Shown here: positions 12,301-24,517 of the stretch, one piece after another
How positions within the stretch are numbered: position 1 is the stretch's first letter
Layout: the number at the start of each line of letters is the position of its first letter
Assembly: GCA_905178155.1 (NCBI GenBank)
Contig: CAJINV010000004.1
Span: 4,938,619 to 5,002,618 of the forward strand
From: Amoebophrya sp. A120
Taxonomy: Eukaryota; Protista; Dinoflagellata
DNA length: 64,000 bases
Direction: 5' to 3'
Notes under the pieces: generated by a model
The model's input: the letters and a program-made list of their open reading frames with translations, nothing else
What the model was told of the DNA's origin: nothing
Databases searched by the model: none
Position numbers and translations under genes: made by a program

Positions 12301-12457
12301 GCTTTGATTTTCCTTTGCCCTTTTCGAAAGAACCGGGCGTCTGTTGGTAGGACGTCGGTGTCGCTTCATTCTCGGGGCAATTAGGGCTGGGGTAGTGCCA
12401 CCAAGAAGATGAACTCGTGCTGCCGTTGTCGGGTACGGGTGATCGCGGTTCCCACAT
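6369..12457 (-). CDS. MIF4G-domain (eIF4G-like) protein with low-complexity N-terminus
   Basis: LQVILNKVSVSNLQKL, LFRELLMTALQEQY, then after two insertions FSSNHLRFVGELFLKDLVPLKAITDILDDLL, LLKTVGFAL, RVQVFFEDL. Exons 10943-12457, 10754-10782, 6369-6896. Confidence 0.8.
6897..10752. mobile_element. Giant (3.86 kb) GC-rich non-autonomous TIR element inside the MIF4G coding sequence
   Basis: Imperfect TIRs TACTCACGGAC-CGCCCGTGATC / TATGCACTGCCACGCCCGTGATC, subterminal CAG(G/A)AATG repeats, and direct repeat gttgct at 6891-6896 and 10754-10759. Removing 3863 nt restores the frame. Confidence 0.8.
8563..9102. repeat. Long inverted repeat (arms ~8563-8779 and ~8886-9102) built partly of tandem AAAAAAG(T/C)TGCGCGCGATTTTCT units
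   Basis: Direct reverse-complement match, e.g. ccttcagggaaaaaccc at 8633 pairs with gggtttttccctgaagg ending at 9032. Confidence 0.9.
10783..10942. mobile_element. Introner family B (160 bp)
   Basis: Family B TIRs; direct repeat acgct/ccgct. Confidence 0.9.
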
Positions 12458-13589
12458 GATCTTGGTGCTGGAAAGGAAAGAAAGTCCGTGAGTACACAAA
12501 AAAAAAGTAGGGAGGACGAAGTGCACAAGACTGCACTACATCAAGATACTTAGATACAACTAGCTAGTACGACTAGACGACCTGCTACAGTTTTTTTAAC
12601 CCGACAAAATAAACGAGAGCACGACAGAAGCTGAAAAACCTCCATAAGATAGAGAACTCGATCGTGTTTCGTTTATTGGAACAGATCTCTGGCAGTTGAC
12701 AAGTTTCTTGATCTTGTGATGGCTCTCGTGTACTTTTCGTTTTCCAACTTCTGTTGCGATTGATCTTCAATATGAATATACTGCAACATCCGGAGGTGGG
12801 CGGCGTGTGGAGAGAGAAACTCTACAGCAGATCTAGATGACGTGGTGCCAGAACCCCGACCAACTTCGTCGCACTGCCAAAAGATAAAGATAAAGAACTG
12901 TGGGACGAGGTGCATAAAATAAGTCGAGAAACAGTGGCAACAGACCACGCCTTTATGGAGTTGTATCTTTATTTTCCAATTCTGCTTCGTCTTTCTTACT
13001 CATTCTTAGTGTCAATTTCAATCCGAAAATTGAATTTCAAGTTTTCTGGTTCATGAAGTGAAGTGTTATCATCTTCGAAAAATACTCCAACATTCGTAAG
13101 TGCCTTTTTCCAAGGCACCCATTCATGAGTGTTCTTACATCAGCATCGCTTTTATTTCACTACCATGTGATTTTTTTTTGAGCCTTCACAACAAAAAATG
13201 GATTCACTGTTCCTCGGCATCGTGTTCCGAGCAAGCAAAAAATCGATTGCTGCCCAGTTACAGTTTCTTCCGTTTCCATTTTTTTCACTTTTTCTTTTGT
13301 GCGCAGCGCGAAGGCATTCCGGAGGAAGTTCTTGGATTTCGATCTGTTACTTTCGTAGTTGTCCTCTTCCAACTACACCACATTCTTCACATGCTGTGCC
13401 GGCCATGCGCCGGCGAAGGTGATCTCAAATATTTTTTACTTCGCGATCACGGAGACGGAGACGGCTTTTTCGCGGTTCTCGCTGGCGTAATCGTTTACCA
13501 CGGGCGGGCTCGGCTTCCTCTGCCGACTTTAGGATGTAGCAGTTGCGACGCTTCTTGCAAGAGCTGCACAACATAGTTCTGCTATGTGT

Positions 13590-16500
13590 TCAAAACCACT
13601 TTCCGTTTCCCTCCAGGAGCCAGTCCAGCACAATCTGTATTTTAACCCGGCACCGCTCACTGTACTGGTACTCGTTCGGATCCGCCGGACTTCTGCTCTC
13701 GTGGAGAGCCTGAAGTTTGGCAAAGGAGTTTGGTAACAGGTCTTTCCTGGCACTGGCAGCGACAGCCTCGGTTAAACCGGACGTGAAGGCCTGCTGGTAG
13801 GTCGGCCGGGTGGTGATCCTGTTCTGCAGCGTGTACCCGATCGTTATGAAGAGCTCGCACGCGCCGACTACTTGCGCTTCGGGTAAAACCCGTTCTTTGG
13901 TCGTGGAGATTTCTGAAGCTCCTGACTTAGGTGTTGTAGTAGTCGTACTTGTTCCCGCTCCTCTGCTTTCACTTTCTCCGCCCTCCTTGAGCTCTAACAC
14001 GTTTTCCAGCGCAGCTTATGGCAGCAAAAAGAAAGAGCGTGGAACGTTGTAAACGGAAATGAAAAATGGCATGCAGTAAAAACTACGCATGAGATGGCGC
14101 AAACGCGCGGCCCAAATTTGTCGTGCATAAGTAGTAGTACCGTGAGTCCATGCTGGAAAACGCTGCAAGTCGTTGCTACACCTCAAGATGACTAGACCAC
14201 TATCGTTTACAATGCTAAAACACAAACACTTCTTTTTCTTCACCTCTGATAGAGTGTGTATCACTTTCAAGGGCAGCGCCTGGACCAAAAACAGCTGCCC
14301 CATAAACTTGAGGAGGAGAACCAGGCTCCGTCCAGCTTCGTCATGGGTCTCATCTCCCACTGGTGCAGTTTGTTCGCCTTTGCAGCCTCGAATTCGTTTC
14401 AAGAAACCTTTCAGCTTCTTTTGCAAAACAACGGCAAGTTCCCCGTGGAAGCAGATGGTAGAAGTGTTTGCTTTCCTTTTGCTCGAAGTTGTGCCTTCTT
14501 CTAGCATGTTGAACTCGGGCAAGACGTGTCTCAAGTACAACACCAATCCTGAAAAGCCCCATAAAATGGCAACATCGCTGCGGTGGTCCACGCACCGGGC
14601 ACTACCTCCAAAAAGTTGATGTTGGCGCTCCAGTTCCGTGTCTACCTGCTCGTCGCTGTCGCGCTTCTGTTCCGGAAAGTAACAGCCTTCAATTCCGGAA
14701 AACAACTTCAACACGTTGGCACATATGACGGTATCAGAGTGCTGCACAACTCCCCCTCGTTCTCATTTTATCTTATGCAAAGCTTCCAAATCCAATTGCT
14801 ACCTTTCGTCACTATTATGCATGGCAGTTTATTATGGAAAGAACCTAGATTAACAGGAGCACTACAAACACCATTAGGCGCATGATGACCTTGTCATGCA
14901 CAGGCTCCACGTGTGCCAGCGTTTGTTGTATGGCAATTGCTTATTTTCATGCCAAAATACAAATGAGGGGGCGCACGGGGGGTTGTGCACTCTCGTAGAC
15001 CTCGCTGACCAGGACCAAGTCCGCGATACGGGCGAGCTTCATTTCCAAAAATTTGTCCAACGTGGCTCGCCGACTTGGGCCCGTGGGAAGGATATCAAGT
15101 GTAAAAATGTCTGGGTCTGGAAGAATGCATGTTTGTCATGCTTCTCTGGCATGACTCTTGAATCTGTCATGCACGTTACCCAAGAGCTCCATTTTTCTGT
15201 GATGCAGAAGCGCAGTTTGTCATGCGGAATTGGCAACACCTAGAAGCTCAGAAACTTGTCATGCTGAGCCAGCACTTGTGGCCTCATCATGAGACGCCAC
15301 ACAGCATCACAAGTTTCCAGACCCAGACATTTTTACACTTGATAAAGGACTTTGTTAAGCAGTTCCTGGACGCGCCGCCTCGTTTTCAAAACGCGGTGTC
15401 TTTCAGAAGTCGTTCCATTTCTTGCTTCTTGTTTCTGGATTGCACAAGCTTCTCTCTGCATCTTCATCCTGATCACGTACGGATTTGCCGATCTCTTAAG
15501 TAGAGGACAACGAGTGGATGGCGTAGAAATAGAGCTGTTGGAGCTCGCTGACGCGGCCTCTGGTTGTAGCTTGTTCTGTGGATCGCAATTTACTTCTTTT
15601 TCAACATCCTGTCGCCGAGAAGAGACATTGACATCTTCTGCTGGTGCAGGTCCCTGCTGGAGGACAAGAGGATCGCGCTTGATCGTCGTGTTCCCTTCAA
15701 GAAGATGAGTCTCGCACTCGTGGCTCTTCCGCTCCTGCACAACCTTGTTGCCATTTATTCCCGCCCCCGAGTTGTTGTGGTTGTCAGTCAGGTGGAGTGC
15801 GGGTTGTTCATTATGATCTGCAGGTGCGAACAAAGCTGTTCCGTCTACAACTTCTTGCGCAGCAGGGAGGTGAGGAACATGCTCCGACTCATCCGAACAG
15901 GAGTCCGATGTTTCTTCACAAGAAGCCGCGGTGTCATGGGCGGTGTCGCTGGTGCTCATGCACGACGACCTCCGCCGTAGACCCGCCCGAGGGACAAGCA
16001 ATGTCAAATTTGTGTTCTCCCTTGCGATGGCCTTCCGCAGCACGTCAAAACTTGCGGTACTGCCGCACCGCAAAATCATGGCTCTGCCGTCCGGCCCGAG
16101 GGCAAAGGGATCCTTCACCGCGACTGCGCAACCCCCGAGCAGGCCGCCGGCGCGTAGTACATTCTCTTCGCAGTACCCGTTTCCGTTTTTGATGCAGAAA
16201 ACGTTTTTGACCGTCGCGCGCTTCGTACAGCGCGCATGCAACAGCTGGAAAAAATCCCGCTCCAGCGCGCGCACAACATCGCCGTCGGAACTGCACTTTT
16301 CCGCTTTGCAGAACGCAGCAAGTGCCTGCACTGGCGGCGAGCTAAAACCCAACGCTGCCCAGTCCCACTGCTCCCCGCATATGGAACGGAGTTTACACAC
16401 TTGCGACTCTTCGTCCTGCAGGTTGGGTAGGATTTTTTTGCTTTGCAAAAACGCCACGACCAGCAAGACATACGCGTAGCTGCTCAGCAACCCGTTATCC

Positions 16501-17769
16501 ACATTCCGGTATCAACAGGAAAAATCCCCCCTCCCCATATCAAAACGAAACTTCTCATGCTGGATTTGCGTACACAAATCCGATTTGTCTTGCAGTAAGG
16601 CAGCGCAGCCAGATCTTCGGCCTAGGTAGGGGCGTTTGGGTCTAGTTGCTTAGCATTACAAACGGCTGTCCCCTAGGCGCAACAGCATGCCAAAGCGCTT
16701 CCACAATGGCGCGGAAGCCTCTACACTTGCCTTCTTGCAAGACAGACGTGATTTGTGGTCTCAAATCAGCAGCACAAATTTTCGGAAACATACCTTTTCG
16801 ATATGGGGAGGGGGGATTTTTCCTAATACAATATCCGGACCAAGTTTTTCTCCCGAGCCCAGCGCTTCACGCTGAGCGCGAGTTCCCGGGCAATCGGACA
16901 GGTCATGTTATCAAATGTAAAAATGTCTGGGTCTGGAAGAATTCATGTTTGTCATGCTTGTCTGGCATGACTCTTGAATCTGTCATGCACGTTACCCAAG
17001 AGCTCCGTTTTTCTGTGATGCAGAAGCGCAGGCTGTCATGCAGATGAAGAGGCAACACCTAGGAGCTCAGAAACTTGTCATGCTGAGCCAGCGTGTGTAG
17101 CCTCATCATGAGACGCCACCCAGCATCACAAGTTTCCAGACCCAGACATTTTTACTTTTGGTACATGTACTGCTTCAACAAGTTGCTGTTTCTCACGCCG
17201 TTGTAGTTGTTGACGGTGATCTCGATCACGAGCCGGTGCTCGACGTGGTTGCACGCGGTCGCGGATTTCCTGACTTGTTGCGCCGTACAACTTCTACCCG
17301 GGAGGACTTGTTCAACAACATTATTACGGATAACATGATCATCTTGATCGTCCCTTGTCACCTCTTCCATCCGCAGGACCGGTATGCGGGCCGGAATGAG
17401 TTCGATCTTTTCGTAGTCGAAATGCCCGATCATTCTCCAGAGCGGACATGAGGTTCGGTAAAGACGCTGCTCCAGTTTCGCTCTGAACTCTTGCAAGCAG
17501 GTGAGAGCGAGTTCCCTGCTAGAAGGAGTTTTTGCAGCAGCGGGGGTTGTGATATCGGTCGGCACTGTGCTGGTTGTTGATGTGGAAGATGCAAAAACTG
17601 GCGGGTCCTCTATATCGACGAAAAACGTCAAATCCAAATCACAACTCCCATCATGATCGCGCAACCCGGTCTTCGCCGATCCATACACAACGCTGGTGGC
17701 GCCTAGCACGTCGTCTAGGCGCCGCTTCGCCATGGCACAGGCGTCCTCGTCGTCAATGAGGGCATCCAT
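13590..17769 (-). CDS. Cid1/TUT/Trf4-family terminal nucleotidyltransferase fused to a C-terminal MIF4G domain
   Basis: YGSAKTGL..CDLDL, ARIPVL, EITVNNYNGVRNSNLLKQY, LSVKRWAR, GLLSSYAYVLLVVAFLQ, VKDPF. Then RRVQELLNKV, LLKFMGQLFLVQALPLKVI, ACELFITIGYTL, RVKIQIVLD. Four introners splice out in frame; exact ends of the last intron (~14015-14243) are uncertain. Confidence 0.8.
14732..14997. mobile_element. Introner family C (266 bp, degenerate)
   Basis: TIR core TGCACAAC(T/C)CCCCC; direct repeat gacgg/gacct; removal gives VSEVICANVLKLF. Confidence 0.82.
15093..15344. mobile_element. Introner family A (252 bp)
   Basis: Family A TIRs; direct repeat aagga; close sister of 16909-17163. Confidence 0.93.
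16510..16833. mobile_element. Introner family D (324 bp)
   Basis: TIR TAT-N-AGGAAAAATCCCCCCTCCCCATATC; direct repeat tccgg; removal gives LVRNVDNGLLSSY. Confidence 0.92.
16909..17163. mobile_element. Introner family A (255 bp)
   Basis: Family A TIRs; direct repeat catgt. Confidence 0.92.
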
Positions 17770-19135
17770 GGTTTATTTTTGGGACTACACTGATGTCTAT
17801 CGATCAAGCGAAGAGGCAAAAGTTTAACAAGGTCGACGCACTCATAAGTCATGGACCGACGACGACGTCGAGGTCGAGGACGACACCGAAGACGTTTACT
17901 TTGCACCGAAATGTTGGATGTGATGTTGTGCAAAAAACCGCGATTTAGATTTTTGCGACGCCGACTCAAAGACGAGGACGAGGTGCCATTACCTAAAGTT
18001 CCACCATTGGACGAGCGTATGAAGTTGCAAGTTTGCCCAGGCAATGGACAAAAAAAACGAAAAAAAAAAACGCTCTCATCAGGGAAGCACCGAAAATTCA
18101 TGTCCGAACTTTTTCTCCGATAATTGAGCCCCTAAACTGCAGTTAGCTCCCGTTCCGGTTGATGGTGCGGAAAATTGCGATTTGCCCGCGAATGTGCATC
18201 CGCCAAAAGTGTTGTGTTTATTTTTCCTTCTCGTCTCCAAAACGCTTGCGAAAAACAGGATAGGAATCATTCACATGCGGCAATGGGTCGCTAAGTTCAT
18301 TTTCGCTTTTTCTCGTCTCTTGATTCATACAGGAGCTTGAAGAAACAGAAGGTGTGTGATTTCTTGTCCCCAAACAAATAGTATACATGTGTAGGAGGTG
18401 ATTCTTAATCTTATGCGTTTTAGTGGTCTTTGGGGTTAAACTTAAAGGTTTGATACGTGAAGAAGATTATTACGTTTGCTGGATTGACATTGACATTTTT
18501 TAATTTCATCTTTGTAACGAATATGCGCTAGCGCTTCCAGTCGAACTCGAAACACAAACTGTCGATAGCATAATACAGTAAACAGGTCTATTGGGAAATA
18601 AAAAATGAGGGGAAACGGAATTGCAGAAAGCAGCGGATAAGTGCGCAGCCACCTCCCCCTGGGACGGGGAATGGTCGCGGCATCTCAGTCTCACGTGCCT
18701 GCTACTCTGGTCTTATTGTAAACACTGAGGTTTCATCTTAGTCTTAATGGAACAAGACGATAAAGTTGCTATTCTGAAAACGGTTGGGGCAAGAAATAGA
18801 AATGCATTTACTGAATTTGTGCGACGGACTACAACTTAGTACAGAAATAAAAGTGGTGGCCGAGAAAAATTTTCCTGGTTTCCCATTCTTACTTTGCCGA
18901 AAATTGGTACGTGTACTGTGGTTGGGTCGCGGTACTGCTGATTACGGCGCTCTGTTGTTTTTTGTTTGTTTGAAATTTTAGTCAACTTGGTACAACTACT
19001 GGCCCGCTCAGACGCCGCAGCCATACGATCGAGCTAGCATCGCACGCGCAAAAACCCATCCACAAGTAGTCATCATGCAAGCACATATTAGTGGGAAAAA
19101 AAGTCATGCGGTAACCCAAATAAATTGCAGTACGC

Positions 19136-20800
19136 TCATCGGTGTACCCCGTGGTGGCCGATGGAGCCGCTGAGGGGCTGTGGCGGCGGCATCAGGGACA
19201 GGGAGCCCAGCGGTGGGACGTACTTGGGGTCCACCTGGTTCAGCAGGTCGTGCAGCCGGTTCTTCAGGAAATCGAAGCTGTTCGTGCTAACCGGTGCTGG
19301 CCGGTGTGCGGAGGTCACGGCAAATTCCTCGTCGTCAAGAGCCTCCAGTTGGTGCTGATGTAGTGGTGTTTTAGATGGACTCGTTGAAGAACGAGAATGG
19401 CAACAGTTATGTAGTTGATCTCCAGGAACAAATACGACCCTGCTCAGTATGACAAGTAGTACTGTGACATGATCGTCCTACTTGGGTGGTAATTCTGTGA
19501 TGCATTTCTTCATTCACCAACAACATGATACTCGTCATACCTTGAGACTCTGCAGGACTTTGTATGACTTCTCTCCCTTTCCGAAGACGGAGTCCTTTTC
19601 CGCTTCGAGTTTTGAGAGTTCCGTGTTTCGCTGCGCGATCTGCTCCGAGAGCTCTGCGATCGCCAGCTTGTGGTTCGCCTCCAAAGCTTGGAGTCCTGAG
19701 ATTATGGAGGGTCATGATGATGTTTCTGGAAATTGATCATAAACAGGAGCCGCCACGGTTGTATGTAAGAAAATTTAGGTTGCGCACGATAGATAATGGC
19801 ACGAGGCATGACAAAAATCGAATGAAAAATAGATGACATTTTTCTTAGAATCAGATAGATACTCTTGTCGTGCTCCTTCTCTTGGTTCTCGAGCTTCAGG
19901 TTCCATTCTCGCTCGGCAATTTCCTGTTCCATTCTCATTGCGTCGTACTTTCTTGCTGCGGTCCTGTTTTTAGGAGAGAGAAAAATCAATAGTACGCTGG
20001 GACGTGCGGCATCAAAAAGAAAATTTCAGTTGTTCACATGTCGTGCAATAAATCCAAGTTTATGTTGCATCGGACGTCACTTGTATTTGTTTAACATGAT
20101 CAGAAAAGGCCCGAAAAAGCGACTTTATAATTTCCAAGTATTACTGCTCGTGTGTCCAGGCTTTCCACTCCCTGAATGTTGAGCCCAAGAGCATCGTGCT
20201 TGACGCGCCGAAGAACTTCGAGAAGTGCGCCTTCTTTGTGGAGATGTACTTGCTTTTCCATTTTGCGTTGTCCTCGTACAGTTCGGTGAGCGCCGCAACG
20301 AGGTCGTCGATGTGACCTGAGTGGAGTTTTTGGTAGGAATTTGTCATGCGCAAATGCGCATCAAGGCTCATCAATTTTGTCATGTACAATTTCAACTCAC
20401 AACGCATCTTTCGAGGATGAAACAAACTCTATACCGCAAACGCTAGTGGCCTTGTCATAGTGCTCTTGTATTCCGCCCTTCTCTTCCGAATTTATCGGTT
20501 GCTCCTGCACCCTGGCGCTCCCTGGGGTCTTGGCCTGATGTGTAGAATGTAGAATGTTTGGAATGACATGAACAAGATGCAGTACTTTCCGCATGACAAA
20601 AGCAAAACGTTTCTCAATTCCAATACAGCATGACAAGTGACATGTTTCAAGGTGCATAGTTAGAAAAGTCAATTTTTTCATGACTGTTGATGTTCTGACA
20701 AAATTTGTATTGCAGTTGAGGAGCACAGAGTCGCAAAAATAACAGTCAATCTCAATACCCCGCCCATTGGCTGCAGGCCCACCGGCTTGATCATCGCCAT
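19136..20800 (-). CDS. Coiled-coil hypothetical protein, about 6 exons
   Basis: GC-rich coding blocks MAMIKPVGLQPMGG, AKTPGSARVQEQP, HIDDLVAALTELYEDNAKWKSKY, YDAMRMEQEIAEREWNLKLE, LEANHKLAIAELSEQIAQR, FDFLKNRLHDLLNQVDPKY, separated by AT-rich introns. Confidence 0.65.
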
Positions 20801-21917
20801 CTTTTGGTCGTTACCAGCAGATGATGAAAACGTCGACAACTAACCACGATGTTGCGCTAGATGTGTCGCAGAAATTTAAAATTGCAAAATTGATTCCGAT
20901 TCTTATGTAAAGCGAAAGTAGGTTTGGGTGCGTTCGAATCGGGAACTGCTTGCGGTTGATGATAGTACACGACTGATTACGACAAGGGAGTGCGAAGATT
21001 ACTGTCATTCCGACAAACATGAAAAGCTGCTTCTCATGCTCGGGTACGTTGACGTGTTTGGGTTGTACGATTGTGGACGAACGAAAAAATACCGACATGG
21101 ACATCTTCACAATCTTTGTTGCATGAAAAAACAAATTCCGTCAAAGACCGATGAACCTCGCTGGCACACGACACTGCTTCCAGCTCATACAATCGCACGA
21201 CATCTCAAGAAGCCTCTCTCGCTTGTCAGCTATGTTGAAATACACGGCATGATTTTGCTGATGCTGTATTTCTCTACACGACTCTACTTTTCGTCAGCTC
21301 CAAACGTAGACGTACGTACCGATGAAGTCTTTCAGCTAGCTTATTTTTAACGAATATCAATATAGTGCTGCTCTTGGTTTAGGTTTTGGACGCGAACGAG
21401 CCGAATGAGAAAATTTACATTTGTTTTTGTAAGACAGAGGAAAGTGATGCTCTCGAAGTTCCGACCGACATGAGGGGGTAGAGCAGTAGATGGATGTGAA
21501 GATATACATTGCGAACAAATCGTGAGCGCAGTCCAGTAGCAAACCCAGACAGTGTGTGTTCCTTCAAGAAAGCGAAACTCGCCCCCTTTCACTTTGGAAA
21601 GTCGGATTTTTATAGTGAGGTTTTTTTTCCAGGTTTTGTTCCGTTCCGAAATAAAGTCTCAAATTCCTGCTAGCGTTCTAGTCACATCTCGTCGAGAGCC
21701 GGATAAATTCCGATACGATGAAATAATGGACGCACCATAGAATGCTACTTCTCGTTCTCCTCTAGCAGAAATCTCTCCACTCGAGACTTCACACAGAATT
21801 TCCGTTTCAGTGTCATCGTTCAGTCACGTTTTAAAAGTCACATAACCGTGTAATTTTCCTGAAAGGAAAATTATCCTGCACGGTAGTTGTAATTCATCCA
21901 AGCTGCATCGCCAAACC

Positions 21918-22920
21918 TTACATTTCCTCGATCGGTCCGTGACCGCTGCAGTAGATGCCGTCCAAGAACTTACGGATATCCTTGTTCTTGACCAGGCAAG
22001 ACTGGTGGATCAGGGCGGCGGAGCGGGAAGTGTCATCGATATCCGGACCCTCGATCAGGATTTCGTCCTTGGTAGCCTCGGACTTGATGGCCTGTATCAA
22101 GGTCGTTCGATTTAGATTTTTGTCTAAACCAAATCATGTTGTCAAGGGGACGAACAAGCGAAAGGTGGAGCTGTGCTTAGCTATCCAAATGCATCCAAAT
22201 CGTCCGCTCTCTCAACACAGCCTTTCCCTCAGCCAGGATCTCACTCATTCTCGCATGGGCATGGTAGTGTGATAGATTTGCCATGCGGATAGACCCATAA
22301 TCAAAATCAAGCTGCAAAAACCTAAAACATGAATCGCTAGTGTACCTTAGCCTCGCCGATCATGTCGATAACGCGGGTGATCTTCTCGCCCAAGAAGTTC
22401 TTGATCTCGATGCGCTTGCCACCGTTGGTGATGGAGGCGGTGATCGGGAAATGCGCGTACACCAAGCGCAGAGTATAACGGTACTTCTTGGTCACACCGG
22501 TGATCAGGTTGTCAATGTGGGAGCACACCTGGGATAATTTTTCATGGGAAAAAAATCATTTAGGTTTTTTAGATTTCTAAATGAGGAAGACAAGAGGGAA
22601 ACTTAAAAGCTTGTACTAGGCGATATGAGCAATGTCGGTGTGCGCCAGCGCCCAACGTGGGATGACGCAAAGTAATTTCATCAATGACGATTATCTTTTA
22701 AGTATACCGTTCGCAGAGACGCGATCTGCTTGGACAGGCCGAAGTAGAGGCTGACCTCCAACTTCTTTCCGCCGTCGATCTTCGCGATGGAGACCGGGAG
22801 GTGGGTGAAGTCGCGCTTCAGGGTTCCCTGCGGGCCCTTGACGGTGACCTTGCGGGCCTTAACCTCCACGGTGACGCCCTTCGGCAGGACAATGGACTGC
22901 TTGCTGCGGACAAACTTCAT
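21918..22920 (-). CDS. RPL9: 60S ribosomal protein L9 (uL6)
   Basis: [59 protein letters not shown]. Exons 22707-22920, 22346-22528, 21918-22091 with GT-AG introns. Confidence 0.97.
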
Positions 22921-24517
22921 CTTGAAAGTGTGAACGTGTGACTGTGATTTAGAAATGAATCTAAACCTGGAATGTATGACCTCCTATACCTGGTCCCCTG
23001 TTAGTGGTTGAGTGTTTTGTGTCGAAGGGATATTTCTAAAGGATTCAAAACTTTGTTCTAGGCTATCATGTACGTAAAATCTAAATTTTTCAAGCGTAAA
23101 TAATGGATCGCCTTCACCATGAAAATTTAAAAAATTTGGATCTCGAGTGGAACCGCTGATCTTCATCTCTTTCGCCTTCGGATCTAAATTTCGTGTCAGA
23201 TCCGTTTTTTCCGAATGCTCATTAGGCTACTTAGATGATCGCGAGCTTCGAGAATTATGAGGATCTTGATCTTCTTCTTCTGTCTCGTTCGGTATAAAAA
23301 TTTGTGACGTGGTTACCGAGCGGATCAACACCAAGAGGCGAAAGGATCGTCATCGTGTTTGTTGTGAAGTAGCGGCAACCTACCAATGCAAGATTTCATT
23401 TTCTTCAAGCAGGCAGTCACAAGCCGCCGGACACGGTGGAATGATCCAGGCACTCACACTTTTACACAGGTCTTGATGCACGAAGATCTGATGCATCTGA
23501 TCTTATTCATCTCTCATCACGGCAGGAAACACCGAGCTGCCTTTCGCAACACGGAGTTGGACACTGCATCCCCGACCTACAGAACCTCTCGTGTACTGAG
23601 TCTGAGTAGAACGCAAATGCAACCATACTGTCTATGCGAAAGCGACTCGAGTGCTAATTGTTCCTTTCGTCATTTCGTTTATCATATTTCATTCTGAAAG
23701 CCTGATAGAGTTTTGGTTTTGGTTTTCAATGCGCATTTCGGATAAGAAAAGCAGGAATTATCGGCTCGTTGAACGACTCGAGGATGCACCACACCGCGTC
23801 AAGGGAAATTAGCAAAAAAAGAAAAAAGTAGGCAACCTACTGGCCGCTGGTGGAGGAAAAGAGCGATCGTATTGTTGAAGGGAGGCTCATGCTGCGACGT
23901 TCATTTATATGGCTCATGGAATCAACCACGCCGCTCAGCTGCGAATTCTGAATTGCAAACATGCCACCAATTATGCGTAAAACTAAAATGTGTGTAGCTT
24001 AGTCGACAAAAATGGAAAAAGAAGGTGAGGAGTCCTTCTACTGGCTCTCGTCCTTAGGGTTGCCAGTCGTACATTTTGATGATGATGCTCGTCCTGCGGA
24101 GCTGCTGTAGCTGTAGCTGCCGTTTGTAGATAGTACATGCTTCTTTAAATTTGTACTACAGGAGGCTGCAGGTATCGAAGGCATTTGGAGAGGCTGCAGG
24201 TGAATCGAAGGCATTTGGAGGAGTACAAAAATCAGACTCAGGTCACGTCCAGTGTAAACTAAAATCGAGGTTGAGATAGCTCCGAAAGCCATCAAAAAAA
24301 TGAAATCATGGGGCCAAGTACGGCAGCCACTTACAGCTGAGATTACTGAAGATTTAGAATCTTGCGCAAAAAACTCAACAAAAAGAAAAACCAAGACTGC
24401 GATCCATCGCTGTCCGTCTTTTGGTTTTGGGTCTTAAAGGGTTAAGGATTTACTCGTCAGCTGTATTTTCGTCAAAATTTAAAGCGAGAGCCACCCTCGT
24501 TCTTCTACTGACGCCAT

